Source: Flavobacteriales bacterium
Lineage (GTDB): Bacteria > Bacteroidota > Bacteroidia > Flavobacteriales_D > Sanyastnellaceae
Assembly (NCBI GenBank): GCA_947462725.1
Contig: CANHPZ010000001.1
Location: 3,969 to 67,968, forward strand
Direction: 5' to 3'
Length of the DNA stretch: 64,000 nt
In this document: in pieces, positions 37,904 to 47,183 of the stretch
Numbering within the stretch: position 1 is the first letter of the stretch
Layout: every line of letters begins with the position of its first letter
Made by a program: the position numbers and the translations under genes
Notes under the pieces: generated by a model
What the model was told of the DNA's origin: nothing
Databases searched by the model: none
What the model saw: only the letters and a program-made list of their open reading frames with translations

Positions 37904-40900
37904 TCAATACCATTGCACATTAAAATCTGAACCTCCCGAGCCAAAATTCACATACTCCCGATTTTGCTCCTCCATGTATAGAAATTCCTTTTCGAATTCC
38001 TCCATCGCATTTTCATTGGTGTCGAGTACGATGTTGCGATCAGACTCTAAGAACATTGGCCAAATATCAGATTGATCGCGGGCATCAAACGCCAGCACCT
38101 TGCCAAGCCACTGGTTCGACTTCTTCATATGAGTCTTACAGTAATACACCTGAATTGGCACGCCGCGAATACTTTTAGCGAAACTCGAAACAACGGATAT
38201 CGAATCTACAAGATTTGACTCCTCATCATCTGTCATTTTCAAATAAACGTCAATCATTTCTTCGCGTGTGCGATAAGGCGCTGGCATACGCTCAACTTGT
38301 TTTTCCTTGTGCAGCAGACGATACAACTCATGAACATACTCTCTGTTGCGAGCAACTTTTGCCAAGACAGAATCGGAAACCGTCATATTGTGTGCAAAAT
38401 CGAACGCTATCATATCGAGCACCAGACCTTGCTTTTTCGACGAGTACACTTTTTTGAAAAACGCTTCTACGTCTTTCTCTTTGCGCAGAGGTTGCAGAAG
38501 GGCGCAATAATCCATGAGCACATCGCTATTGAACGCATACCCTCCCTCCAAGCTTGCGTTGAGGCGCTTCAGTTCATTGCGAGCCTCAACAAGCAACTGC
38601 GGCACATATAAACGATATACTGGCGGCTTAAGCCAACCACTATCGGCAGCTGCCGCCATAAGATGATAGATGCTCTCTTCATATTCATCGATTGCCAACA
38701 GCTGCATCAACTTAGGAATTAGTGGTGTTGCTAATCGCACAGAATCAAACAACAGCTCGCAACCGCTTCCACCCATTTCATCAAATACTATCGGCGGTTC
38801 TTCGACCACCAAATTGCCATATGCCTGCCAGGCCGATTTTGTTTTTATCTGAAGCAAAACGGTCAGTAAATCGAGCTGATACTGGGCACTATCCGCAAAC
38901 GAATTAAACTCCTTCGTAATAAATTCAACATTTGCGGCACTCGTATCGCTGGCCAAGCCATAAATCAGCTTATTGCGAATTAGTTGCTCTTCATAAACGT
39001 CATAATCGTTGAGATGAGCAAGCGCATCGCGAATTCGACCTCCCGAGGAAGCTGAAAAATCCATCTCCGATGTAATCTCCACCGCTTTTCTGCGCATCAC
39101 AGAATCGCTGCTGAGTAATGCATCCAAATAGGCGCCATCACGACAATCGAAATGGGGATATGGAAAAATCGTATCGGTTGATTGAAAGGAATCAAACACA
39201 CGCTGCACGAAATCGCCCGGCCCCAAAACAGAGTCATAAGTTGCCGTTAGGTGGTACATCGACTTGTTGTGCAAAAGCATGCGATGCATGTAGCGACGGG
39301 TGCAAGAAGTATCGCCAACCGTGTAATTCAGCACAGCACCATCTGAAATCCATTGCTCATTCGATTGCAGCATTTGCATATCAACTCCCAGAACCATTTC
39401 TCGTTTTTCGCGAACAAAAGAAGAGGTATCCTCTCCGTCGGAAAACTCATGATAACGCTGAAAGTCGACCACAACTTGAGCTGCCTCTCCAGGTGGATTT
39501 AATACATACGCGGCATTGGTACCAAAAGGTGTGTTCGGATCAGCTACCGGTTCCGGGTTAAAGAAGAGCATCTCGGTGGAGAGGGCGGAAGCTTGTGGCA
39601 CGTAGGGCAGATCAACTGAAAAAAACAACTCCTCGTTGCGATACGTGCTGAAAGATGAATGGCTAGGCATTTCACAATGCAAAGACGCAAAGAACTCTGC
39701 CGAACGCAGTGAATCAACATCATTGGTTGCTGCGGCGTAATAATTCAAACCTTGTATGATAAATCGAACTTGCACAGGGTTTTTGCCATCGGAAAGCTTG
39801 GCATCCAAAACCGGTAAACCTTGGACTGATGTGAACGCGGTCGATTCAATATGCAGTTGTCGATCATCACAATAGGCGCGCAATAGACGTTCCAGTTCAT
39901 ACCGATCCTCATCAAGAAAACCGGGATCATCAATGATGTGTCGCTGCAACAGGTAATAGTAATTCTCGTCTACCCCTCCCGAAACAACCTCCAAATCGGC
40001 ATCACGCAAACGCTCGATCTCATGTCGATAAAAGACACGATGCCCTGGCATTATCGCGCTGCAAGAACCATCAGGGGCTTGCCATGTTTGCGCTTCACTT
40101 TCAACAGTGGCCACCTCAAGCTTCTCAAAAAAAGGAGAGCCGAAACCCTGTCTAACTTTACTTCCCGGCGCAGACAACTTCATTACAAGAACCTCTTCCG
40201 GCAGCACCACGATTCGATACCTCTGGTAATCGCCGCGCCGAGTGCGGCTGGTTGCGTCTATACCGGGGTATTTGCCTACATGAATTTTTTCGTTAGAAAC
40301 TATTTCACCGGCAATAGTCTCATAGAGCATTCCCTCAATCAGACCGAGCACATCATCGTTGCTGAAACCACTTACGCTGGCGTAAGACTTCAATCGCATT
40401 ACCGTGTAGCTTGCGCCATTGGCTATATCAAGCGCAATCCATGATGTGGCCGATGACATCGCATCAAGCTGATAAACTTTGGTTGGTGTTTGAAACTTCA
40501 GCTGACCATCAGCTGTGGTATGTGTGGTGAACTCACGATTGAACGTGCGCTCATCAAACTCTTTGCGACGCTTCGCATTTCGCATTCCCTTCTGAACCGG
40601 ATCTACCCGGTACCCCATTGAGCGTAAAATTTCGATTACGCCATTCTCGCCGGGCAAGTGCGCACAACCCATCGCAGCAAAAAGTGACTTACCCCCGCGT
40701 AAGACGCTATCCATGGAGTGAATAAATACCTTGTTTCGCTCTTCAAGAATGTACTTGCGAAAAGCCGCGCTAGATGTGATCCGAGTGAGCGAATCAATCA
40801 AATCAAGGTCTTGATTGCGATACGCCGGCTCCAGTTGCATTTGGAGCAAATCCAATTCCGCTATATCACCTTCGTCCCATTCTCGAGTATCCTCTTGCAT

Positions 40901-41497
40901 TGCCTCCTCAAGGCCAGCCTTCCGCATAAATTCATCGGATTGCTCATATGTTTCAAGGCCAATAGTTTGCTTACCCAACTTTTTCCCGGTCTGATAAATA
41001 TGCATATCCAACCAAGTATCCTCGGCATAATCAAGCGACTGACTATCATCTCCCAGGCGAAATAGCAGATAATTCAGCAAAGCAGGGTCATACAAAAGAG
41101 CATCTTTCAGACGCTGATCCAGATTCGTATTCAAACTAAAAAACCCTCTCAATGCAGGCAGTGGTGAATCGCTAGCTTCCTCATCATAATAATAATCCTC
41201 ATCCGAGTGACCATACATCCCCCAGTATTGCGCGGTTGGATCTTGAAATATGGCCTCCAACCAGGCGTCAGGCTCGAGTTCTAGCGCAACTACATCCACC
41301 GACTCCAACGCGTCATAAAATGGATCGCCCAGTTGAAACGCAAGCCTTCCGCTGATGTGCATCGTTCCGTAGAGATAGGATGGAGACTTCAGACCGTTGC
41401 CGCTCACTTGCCACATGAGACTTTGATACTTCTGTTGCCCAAATACATTGGAAGCTAAGAGCAAAAAACAAATGGAGACAAAACGAATGAGCGTCAT
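37904..41497 (-). CDS. Giant TraB/GumN (Tiki-like) family protein with a C-terminal region of about 890 aa and unknown function
   Basis: 1197 aa with a signal peptide. N-terminal family motifs SYLYGTMHI and AAMGCAHLPGENGVIEILRSMGYRV. Confidence 0.65.
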   Translation of the reverse strand: MTLIRFVSICFLLLASNVFGQQKYQSLMWQVSGNGLKSPSYLYGTMHISGRLAFQLGDPFYDALESVDVVALELEPDAWLEAIFQDPTAQYWGMYGHSDEDYYYDEEASDSPLPALRGFFSLNTNLDQRLKDALLYDPALLNYLLFRLGDDSQSLDYAEDTWLDMHIYQTGKKLGKQTIGLETYEQSDEFMRKAGLEEAMQEDTREWDEGDIAELDLLQMQLEPAYRNQDLDLIDSLTRITSSAAFRKYILEERNKVFIHSMDSVLRGGKSLFAAMGCAHLPGENGVIEILRSMGYRVDPVQKGMRNAKRRKEFDERTFNREFTTHTTADGQLKFQTPTKVYQLDAMSSATSWIALDIANGASYTVMRLKSYASVSGFSNDDVLGLIEGMLYETIAGEIVSNEKIHVGKYPGIDATSRTRRGDYQRYRIVVLPEEVLVMKLSAPGSKVRQGFGSPFFEKLEVATVESEAQTWQAPDGSCSAIMPGHRVFYRHEIERLRDADLEVVSGGVDENYYYLLQRHIIDDPGFLDEDRYELERLLRAYCDDRQLHIESTAFTSVQGLPVLDAKLSDGKNPVQVRFIIQGLNYYAAATNDVDSLRSAEFFASLHCEMPSHSSFSTYRNEELFFSVDLPYVPQASALSTEMLFFNPEPVADPNTPFGTNAAYVLNPPGEAAQVVVDFQRYHEFSDGEDTSSFVREKREMVLGVDMQMLQSNEQWISDGAVLNYTVGDTSCTRRYMHRMLLHNKSMYHLTATYDSVLGPGDFVQRVFDSFQSTDTIFPYPHFDCRDGAYLDALLSSDSVMRRKAVEITSEMDFSASSGGRIRDALAHLNDYDVYEEQLIRNKLIYGLASDTSAANVEFITKEFNSFADSAQYQLDLLTVLLQIKTKSAWQAYGNLVVEEPPIVFDEMGGSGCELLFDSVRLATPLIPKLMQLLAIDEYEESIYHLMAAAADSGWLKPPVYRLYVPQLLVEARNELKRLNASLEGGYAFNSDVLMDYCALLQPLRKEKDVEAFFKKVYSSKKQGLVLDMIAFDFAHNMTVSDSVLAKVARNREYVHELYRLLHKEKQVERMPAPYRTREEMIDVYLKMTDDEESNLVDSISVVSSFAKSIRGVPIQVYYCKTHMKKSNQWLGKVLAFDARDQSDIWPMFLESDRNIVLDTNENAMEEFEKEFLYMEEQNREYVNFGSGGSDFNVQWY

Positions 41498-41602
41498 GAG
41501 ATCTGGACCGGTTCTGACTGTTTGACGTGACCGACTTTGGCCAAAAGTAGGCAGTTCGCACTGCTATCTGCACACAAATGTTCCACATAAACGGAAATCG
41601 TT

Positions 41603-41610
41603 TATTTTTG
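41603..41610 (+). promoter_or_regulatory. -7 promoter box TATTTTTG upstream of the TPR-ribH pair
   Basis: Exact TAnnTTTG match, 22 nt upstream of the ATG at 41633. Confidence 0.45.
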
Positions 41611-41632
41611 CGCCCGCACAACTTTGAAAAAT

Positions 41633-42334
41633 ATGTCAAAAGAAGAAATCAAAAAAGAGGAATCAATCCTTGACATCCAACAGGTAGCATCGAAAACCGA
41701 AATGTTCTTCGAAAAAAACCGTAAGTCAATTACTATTGCTATGACAGCTGTAGTGCTTGTGCTTGGTGGCTTTTTCGCTTTTCAATTCCTGTACAAAAAA
41801 CCACGCGAAGTAGAAGCTTCAAACGCTGCTATACGCGCTGACCTTTTGGTTGAAATGGATTCCATTCGCTTAGCAGTTCAAGGAGATGCCAACTTCGAAG
41901 GATACGAGGCAATTGCTGCCAACTACAGCGGAACTAAAGTTGCAGACCGCGCTCATTTCTGGTGCGGAGTATACTACCGAGATATTGCCAAAGATTACGC
42001 AACTGCATTGGATCATTTCAAACAAGTTGGATTCGATGACGAAGCCGTGAGCGTTGAAGTTACCGGTTGCATCGGTGATATGTACGTAATGATGAACAAC
42101 CTTGAAGAAGGTGCATCTTGGTTGGAAAAAGCTGCAAAGCAAGCTAACAATAGCGCAAGCCGCGACTTCACAGGTCCGCTATACAATCTCAAAGCAAGTA
42201 AAGTCTACATGGAATTGGGCAACAACGATAAGGCAATCGCGTTGCTTCAGTATGTGATTGATAACTACGAAAAGCGTTCTCCGGAATACGGTGAATCAGA
42301 AAAGCTTCTCTCCTACCTCAAGGCTAAGGAGTAA
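41633..42334 (+). CDS. Membrane-anchored tetratricopeptide-repeat protein (YfgM-like)
   Basis: The ATG at 41633 gives MSKEEIKK... One TM helix followed by TPR-like repeats. Its stop is 3 nt upstream of ribH. Confidence 0.6.
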   Translation: MSKEEIKKEESILDIQQVASKTEMFFEKNRKSITIAMTAVVLVLGGFFAFQFLYKKPREVEASNAAIRADLLVEMDSIRLAVQGDANFEGYEAIAANYSGTKVADRAHFWCGVYYRDIAKDYATALDHFKQVGFDDEAVSVEVTGCIGDMYVMMNNLEEGASWLEKAAKQANNSASRDFTGPLYNLKASKVYMELGNNDKAIALLQYVIDNYEKRSPEYGESEKLLSYLKAKE

Positions 42335-42337
42335 GGC

Positions 42338-42832
42338 ATGGCCACAACAGATTTATCAGCATACCAAAAAGAACACCTTCCCGATGCCAGGTCTATGCGC
42401 ATCGGGATTGTTGTTTCTGAGTGGAACGAAAACATTACCGAAAATCTGCGCAAGGGCTGTGTTGATGCTCTTATCGATTGTGGCGTGGGTCAGCAGAACA
42501 TCCTTATCGCTCATGTACCCGGAAGTTTCGAATTGCCGCTAGGCGCTCAATTGCTGTTTGAAAACAAATCACTCGACGCAGTCATTTGCCTCGGATGCAT
42601 TATACGAGGCGAAACGGCGCATTTCGATTTTGTGAGCCAAGCATGCGCGCACGGGGTTCAAACCCTTTCACTCAAATTAGGAAAGCCTGTAATTTTCGGT
42701 GTACTTACCGATGATACGGTAGAACAATCCATCTCTCGAAGCGGAGGTAGCAAAGGCAACAAAGGAGTAGAAGCTGCTATTACTGCCATCAAAATGGCAG
42801 GTCTCAAGCGTGAATTAGAAAATAACTGGTAA
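42338..42832 (+). CDS. ribH: 6,7-dimethyl-8-ribityllumazine synthase
   Basis: 164 aa. VPGSFELP, GCIIRGETAHFDFV, FGVLT. Confidence 0.95.
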   Translation: MATTDLSAYQKEHLPDARSMRIGIVVSEWNENITENLRKGCVDALIDCGVGQQNILIAHVPGSFELPLGAQLLFENKSLDAVICLGCIIRGETAHFDFVSQACAHGVQTLSLKLGKPVIFGVLTDDTVEQSISRSGGSKGNKGVEAAITAIKMAGLKRELENNW

Positions 42833-42846
42833 CAGGAATAAGCCTT

Positions 42847-43125
42847 CTATAAGCCAACTTCAATTTCCTGGAACGACAGCTCTTCTTTGCCTTTCTTAGT
42901 CAAACGATAGCCTATGTTGCTCTTGTTCATGATATAACCCTCCAAATACAAGTTTGCAATGCGCTCTCCCAATTGAGCACTTCTCGTTGATTGCGCATCA
43001 TCATGTTCTATGCGACTCCAGAATGCGGTCTCCAACTGACTCAATTTAATAAGCTCGTTCTTATTGTTCTTTTTATAAGTCTGGATAATATCAAGAATGA
43101 CGTAGTCGTATTTGTCAAGAAACAT
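42847..43125 (-). CDS. Hypothetical small protein, possibly winged-helix
   Basis: 92 aa. C-terminal LEGYIMNKSNIGYRLTKKGKEEL resembles a wHTH wing. There is no stronger evidence. Confidence 0.4.
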   Translation of the reverse strand: MFLDKYDYVILDIIQTYKKNNKNELIKLSQLETAFWSRIEHDDAQSTRSAQLGERIANLYLEGYIMNKSNIGYRLTKKGKEELSFQEIEVGL

Positions 43126-43373
43126 GGGAAGAAGAGATTGGCCGGTTAATTTAGATGCGCTAGTTAACGCGCTGCTAATATAGAATCAACCTACACCGTG
43201 TTTTGTGAGCAACTCGAAGACTTTTGCTGACAACTTTTCAACCTCCTTGCGCATACTTATTTGTCGAACTTCCTGATAACAGAAAAGCAAAATGCTCCGC
43301 CGCTGAAACTTGTATTACCTTGCATACACAATTCGAATTGATTGATTACTTCAACCGTTTGCTATCACATTCT

Positions 43374-44438
43374 ATGAAAAAAATTTATACTCTCATTTTT
43401 CTAGCCACCGCATCTTACGCGCAGGCTCAAATCACCATCAACAGCAGTCACCTGCCCACAGGGGGCGATTTACTCTACGCACGAGCAGCAACATTTTTGA
43501 CCACTGTTGATTTAGAACAAACGGGAGCGAATCACACTTGGAACTTCGGATTCGATGTGCTACAACCAGGAGCATTGAACGCTGGAACATCGTATGAAAA
43601 TCTCAGTTCACTTTCATTGGTCGATCAACTGATCTTCAACAATCCCTTTTACCCTGAATATGATTCCAACTTTGGACTCGGAACTTCACTCGTCAACAAC
43701 CCGCTGATTACTATTGAAGATGCATATCAAATCTACAAGAACAGCGGTGGTGTTTACGCCGCTACAGGCCTTGTTGCCACAGTAAGCGGAGTTCCCTTAG
43801 CAGCGCAATACCAAGATCGTGATATCATTTATGACCTGCCCCTTACCTATCCAGCATCGGGAAACTCTCACTCAATGCTGAGCTTGGACGTACCTACTGT
43901 GGCTTATTACGGCACCGACCAATACCGCAATTATGTTGTGGACGGATGGGGCACTATCAACATCTATGATCAAAGCTTCGATGTGCTGCGTGTAAGGTCA
44001 ACGGTTACCGGTTTTGATTCAGTGGCCGTCAATTTCAATGGCTTCCCATTCGGCCTTCAAATACCAAAAGACAATACCATCTACCAGTGGATTAGTACAG
44101 CGAATAAAGTTCCTATCCTAGAAGTCATTTCTAGCGGTGGTGGTTTTGGCGGAGCGCAGTTGCAAATTCAGACAGCCGACATCTATCAAGATATGGCCGT
44201 TGCAGAGCTAGCAGGGCCTGTTATTCAACTTTACCCTAACCCATCGAGCAACACACTGCACATTATCGGATTGAATGGAATCACGAACGCATCGGTCTTT
44301 GATGCGCAAGGAAACTCTGTTTGGAAAGGAAGTATCAGTAACGGCCAACTGGATGTATCCCATCTTGCAAGCGGAGTCTACATGTTCCAAGCCGTTGAAA
44401 ACGGAACCTTACGTTCTGCTCGCTTTATAAAGCAATAA
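43374..44438 (+). CDS. Hypothetical T9SS-secreted protein (type A C-terminal sorting domain)
   Basis: The ATG at 43374 gives the signal peptide MKKIYTLIFLATASYAQAQ. CTD: IQLYPNPSSNTLHI...GVYMFQAVENGTLRSARFIKQ. The track start at 43224 adds 50 unlikely aa. Confidence 0.7.
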   Translation: MKKIYTLIFLATASYAQAQITINSSHLPTGGDLLYARAATFLTTVDLEQTGANHTWNFGFDVLQPGALNAGTSYENLSSLSLVDQLIFNNPFYPEYDSNFGLGTSLVNNPLITIEDAYQIYKNSGGVYAATGLVATVSGVPLAAQYQDRDIIYDLPLTYPASGNSHSMLSLDVPTVAYYGTDQYRNYVVDGWGTINIYDQSFDVLRVRSTVTGFDSVAVNFNGFPFGLQIPKDNTIYQWISTANKVPILEVISSGGGFGGAQLQIQTADIYQDMAVAELAGPVIQLYPNPSSNTLHIIGLNGITNASVFDAQGNSVWKGSISNGQLDVSHLASGVYMFQAVENGTLRSARFIKQ

Positions 44439-45608
44439 TCAATTACCGCAAGGAAAATCCGATGAACCGCTCGGATCGCAGAAATTCAATTCTGAAGTAT
44501 AACTGCTTTGCACTAAGGCACGCAGGTTACCCGAGTTTGGCTGATTATTATTATCGAACGCAATGAGCGGCAAGCTCACTAAGTTGCGTGTACCGCGTGA
44601 AGCGAATAACCCGATGCCATTGGTTACATTGGTATAGATTGGACGCTCCTGGGCTACTCCTGTAGATGGCGTATTCACCTCAATATAGGATTTCAAATCA
44701 TCGTTGCCCAGCGTTAGCATCACATCAAAACACTCGGTGCGCTGCTGTTGTGAGTCGTATGTACCAATGATACGACGAATGCGTTGGTCAGCTGTGAGAT
44801 TGTTTTTTAGGAAGGCAAAGAAGCCTTCACCGCTGAAGGTAATCTTTAGCAACTGGCCGGCTGTGATCTCCTCTTCGTTGATACTTCCGAGATAGTAATC
44901 CAAAAATTTAGGAGTTACACTCAAAGGTGTTCCCGACCAATTATCGTCGGCGTATACCATTTCGGTATAATGAAAGCGCAAGCGAGCATCATACACATTG
45001 GCATTGGTCGCTGCATTCCAACGTACCGCTACTTCTGATGTATAGTTAAATCCACCATTCGTAGAAACCGATGCCAAAATGAATGTTGCGTTCTGCTGAG
45101 GTGTAAGCCAAGAGAAACTTCCGTAACTCACAACTTCTGTTGAGGCATTTACTTCGCGACCATCAGCGAATTCCAAAACGATGCGATAAGAAGAATTCTG
45201 ATCCAAGCCGGGAGCTGAAGGAACGAAATAATACATCGTTTGCTCCGGACCGTAGAAAATACCATTCATCTGGCGGTTGCTGATCGTGGTTGAATGCAAC
45301 TCATATTCCTCTACTACATCACCATCATTGATGCGCTGAACAATTTTTTTTACGAAATCATCATCCTGATATTCCGAGCTATCACGCACCGCTGCGTAGG
45401 CATTGTTATCGCCCTCACCCAAGAAGGTCTTATTGATTTTAATCCATTGCGTGTCCTGAACGGTAATCTGATTATCACCATTGAAATCAGGATCCAGCAA
45501 ACCAAAAATTACCGTTGTGTTTTTATATGGTGCATTCAAATCAACCTCGGTTTCGCAACCAGCGAGAACCAACAAAACAAGTGCAAGAAGAAAAAGACGC
45601 TGTGTCAT
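44439..45608 (-). CDS. Hypothetical lipoprotein
   Basis: 389 aa. Lipobox LLVLAGC. Its stop abuts the convergent T9SS gene stop. Confidence 0.6.
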   Translation of the reverse strand: MTQRLFLLALVLLVLAGCETEVDLNAPYKNTTVIFGLLDPDFNGDNQITVQDTQWIKINKTFLGEGDNNAYAAVRDSSEYQDDDFVKKIVQRINDGDVVEEYELHSTTISNRQMNGIFYGPEQTMYYFVPSAPGLDQNSSYRIVLEFADGREVNASTEVVSYGSFSWLTPQQNATFILASVSTNGGFNYTSEVAVRWNAATNANVYDARLRFHYTEMVYADDNWSGTPLSVTPKFLDYYLGSINEEEITAGQLLKITFSGEGFFAFLKNNLTADQRIRRIIGTYDSQQQRTECFDVMLTLGNDDLKSYIEVNTPSTGVAQERPIYTNVTNGIGLFASRGTRNLVSLPLIAFDNNNQPNSGNLRALVQSSYTSELNFCDPSGSSDFPCGN

Positions 45609-45699
45609 ATAGGCAACCCAATTATTTCTGAGGAGTACAAATGTATTCGAAACACGTTATGCGCAAGGCATGAAAATCTCGACTAAGACAATACCGCTT

Positions 45700-46761
45700 C
45701 TATCCGTTTAACCCTAACAAAAACCGAATGGTATCAACACCATCGGCATAATCCCACAAAGCGGGTTGCTGGGCTTGGCCAAACGGAATGTCGTTGCGAC
45801 CAACCACACACTGAATCTCTTCGCTGCGCGCAGCCAATTCCTGGCGCAGGGCAGATTCATTGCGATAGAATTCGTAATAAAGACTTCCTGTAGGCGATGC
45901 AAGTGATTTCTCCTGCTTCAGCAGCAAAAATCCGTTGTCAAGCAATTGCTCATTATTCAGCAGCCAAACCGCCTTGTTGTAATCGTAGTTATTGGCGTAT
46001 TTGTTATGATTAATGATGTCATGGTACCTAAACATAGCCTTGAAAAAACGATCGATGTCGAATTGGTCAGGCACATACAACTTCGACACGCTGCGGCAAC
46101 CCAATCCGAAATAATCAAAAACATCGTTGCCCAAGTCATGCAACTCTTCATCCGTTTCATCACCGGTAAGGATGGCCACACTGGTGCGGCTCTTGCGAAT
46201 GATGTGAGGCAGGTGACCAAAATACTGTTCGAAGTAGCGCCCTGTATTGTTGCTGCCTGTAGCAATGACAGCCTCCATATCATTCATGCGACCCTCTGCA
46301 TACACAATGCGATTCGTGAAGGTCGAATCAAAACCTATCAGTATTTGCAAGAACGCAGGCATCAGTCGATTATCGTCGGTTGACAATTTGATATACGCTA
46401 CATGACCTGTAAGCAACACGCACAGCACATCATGAAGACCAACCATCGGCAAGTTACCTGCGCAGATAATCCCAACTTTGCGAGGTTCATGATTTACCGG
46501 AAAAGAATAGCTCTCTAACCACTTGTACAGTTCAACCGCCTGTAATTGCTTGCTCCATGCGAACAATGCCTTGCGAATGTTGTTTTCGCTGAACCATCCA
46601 TTGTAATGCACGTGAGATTCTATCAATTGCTGAATAGAATTGAACTCATCCGCTGAAATGCCACACTCATAACCTGGCCATTCTTTGGACGCCGCGATCG
46701 CCTCCATGACTTTGCCCCATTGAACAAGGGCATTGATTTGAAATTCGGAAGGCTGCTGCAT
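45700..46761 (-). CDS. Acyl-CoA reductase (LuxC-like) family protein
   Basis: 353 aa. GIICAGNLPMVGLHDVLCVLLTGH and the overall length fit my recollection of the LuxC-like family in Bacteroidota. Confidence 0.55.
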   Translation of the reverse strand: MQQPSEFQINALVQWGKVMEAIAASKEWPGYECGISADEFNSIQQLIESHVHYNGWFSENNIRKALFAWSKQLQAVELYKWLESYSFPVNHEPRKVGIICAGNLPMVGLHDVLCVLLTGHVAYIKLSTDDNRLMPAFLQILIGFDSTFTNRIVYAEGRMNDMEAVIATGSNNTGRYFEQYFGHLPHIIRKSRTSVAILTGDETDEELHDLGNDVFDYFGLGCRSVSKLYVPDQFDIDRFFKAMFRYHDIINHNKYANNYDYNKAVWLLNNEQLLDNGFLLLKQEKSLASPTGSLYYEFYRNESALRQELAARSEEIQCVVGRNDIPFGQAQQPALWDYADGVDTIRFLLGLNG

Positions 46762-46776
46762 ACGATGGTTGAGTGT

Positions 46777-46784
46777 TATTTTTG
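46777..46784 (+). promoter_or_regulatory. -7 promoter box TATTTTTG upstream of the ferredoxin gene
   Basis: Exact TAnnTTTG match, 26 nt upstream of the ATG at 46811. Confidence 0.45.
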
Positions 46785-46810
46785 TGCCGCAAAATTAGAA
46801 AGTATAGACT

Positions 46811-47161
46811 ATGGCTATCATCATTACCGACGAATGCATCAACTGTGGTGCATGTGAACCCGAATGTCCCAACAACGCTATCTATGAAGGAGGCGCTGAA
46901 TGGAAGTATGCTGAAGGAACCGGATTGCGCGGCATCTTCACTCCGCTAGGGCAGTCGGGAGAGATTGACGCCGACGCCAACCAAAATCCGGTGAGCATGG
47001 ATGTCTATTATATTGTTTCTGATAAATGTACCGAATGCGTTGGCTTTCATGACGAACCGCAATGCGCCGCCGTGTGTCCGGTTGACTGCTGTGTTGATGA
47101 CCCGGCGCATCGTGAATCGAATGAGCAGCTGCTAGCCAAGAAGGAATTTATGCACCTGTAA
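46811..47161 (+). CDS. 2[4Fe-4S] dicluster ferredoxin
   Basis: 116 aa. [12 protein letters not shown] and [18 protein letters not shown]. Confidence 0.9.
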   Translation: MAIIITDECINCGACEPECPNNAIYEGGAEWKYAEGTGLRGIFTPLGQSGEIDADANQNPVSMDVYYIVSDKCTECVGFHDEPQCAAVCPVDCCVDDPAHRESNEQLLAKKEFMHL

Positions 47162-47183
47162 TTGAAAGGCGCTTGCCTTTCAA
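47162..47183. terminator. 9-bp hairpin between the convergent ferredoxin and hexosaminidase genes
   Basis: TTGAAAGGC-GCTT-GCCTTTCAA. There is no clear U-tract. It overlaps the hexosaminidase stop. Confidence 0.35.

Noticed and set aside
39601-39620. TGGCAC-N5-GCAG, a sigma-54-like -24/-12 resemblance (a similar chance match occurs near 9331)
   Set aside because: The -12 element does not match TTGC, and the sites lie inside coding regions in orientations that serve no gene.
41498-42337. Possible FMN riboswitch upstream of ribH
   Set aside because: ribH follows the TPR gene by 3 nt, and the 135-nt region upstream of the pair is too short and lacks the FMN aptamer conserved segments as I recall them.
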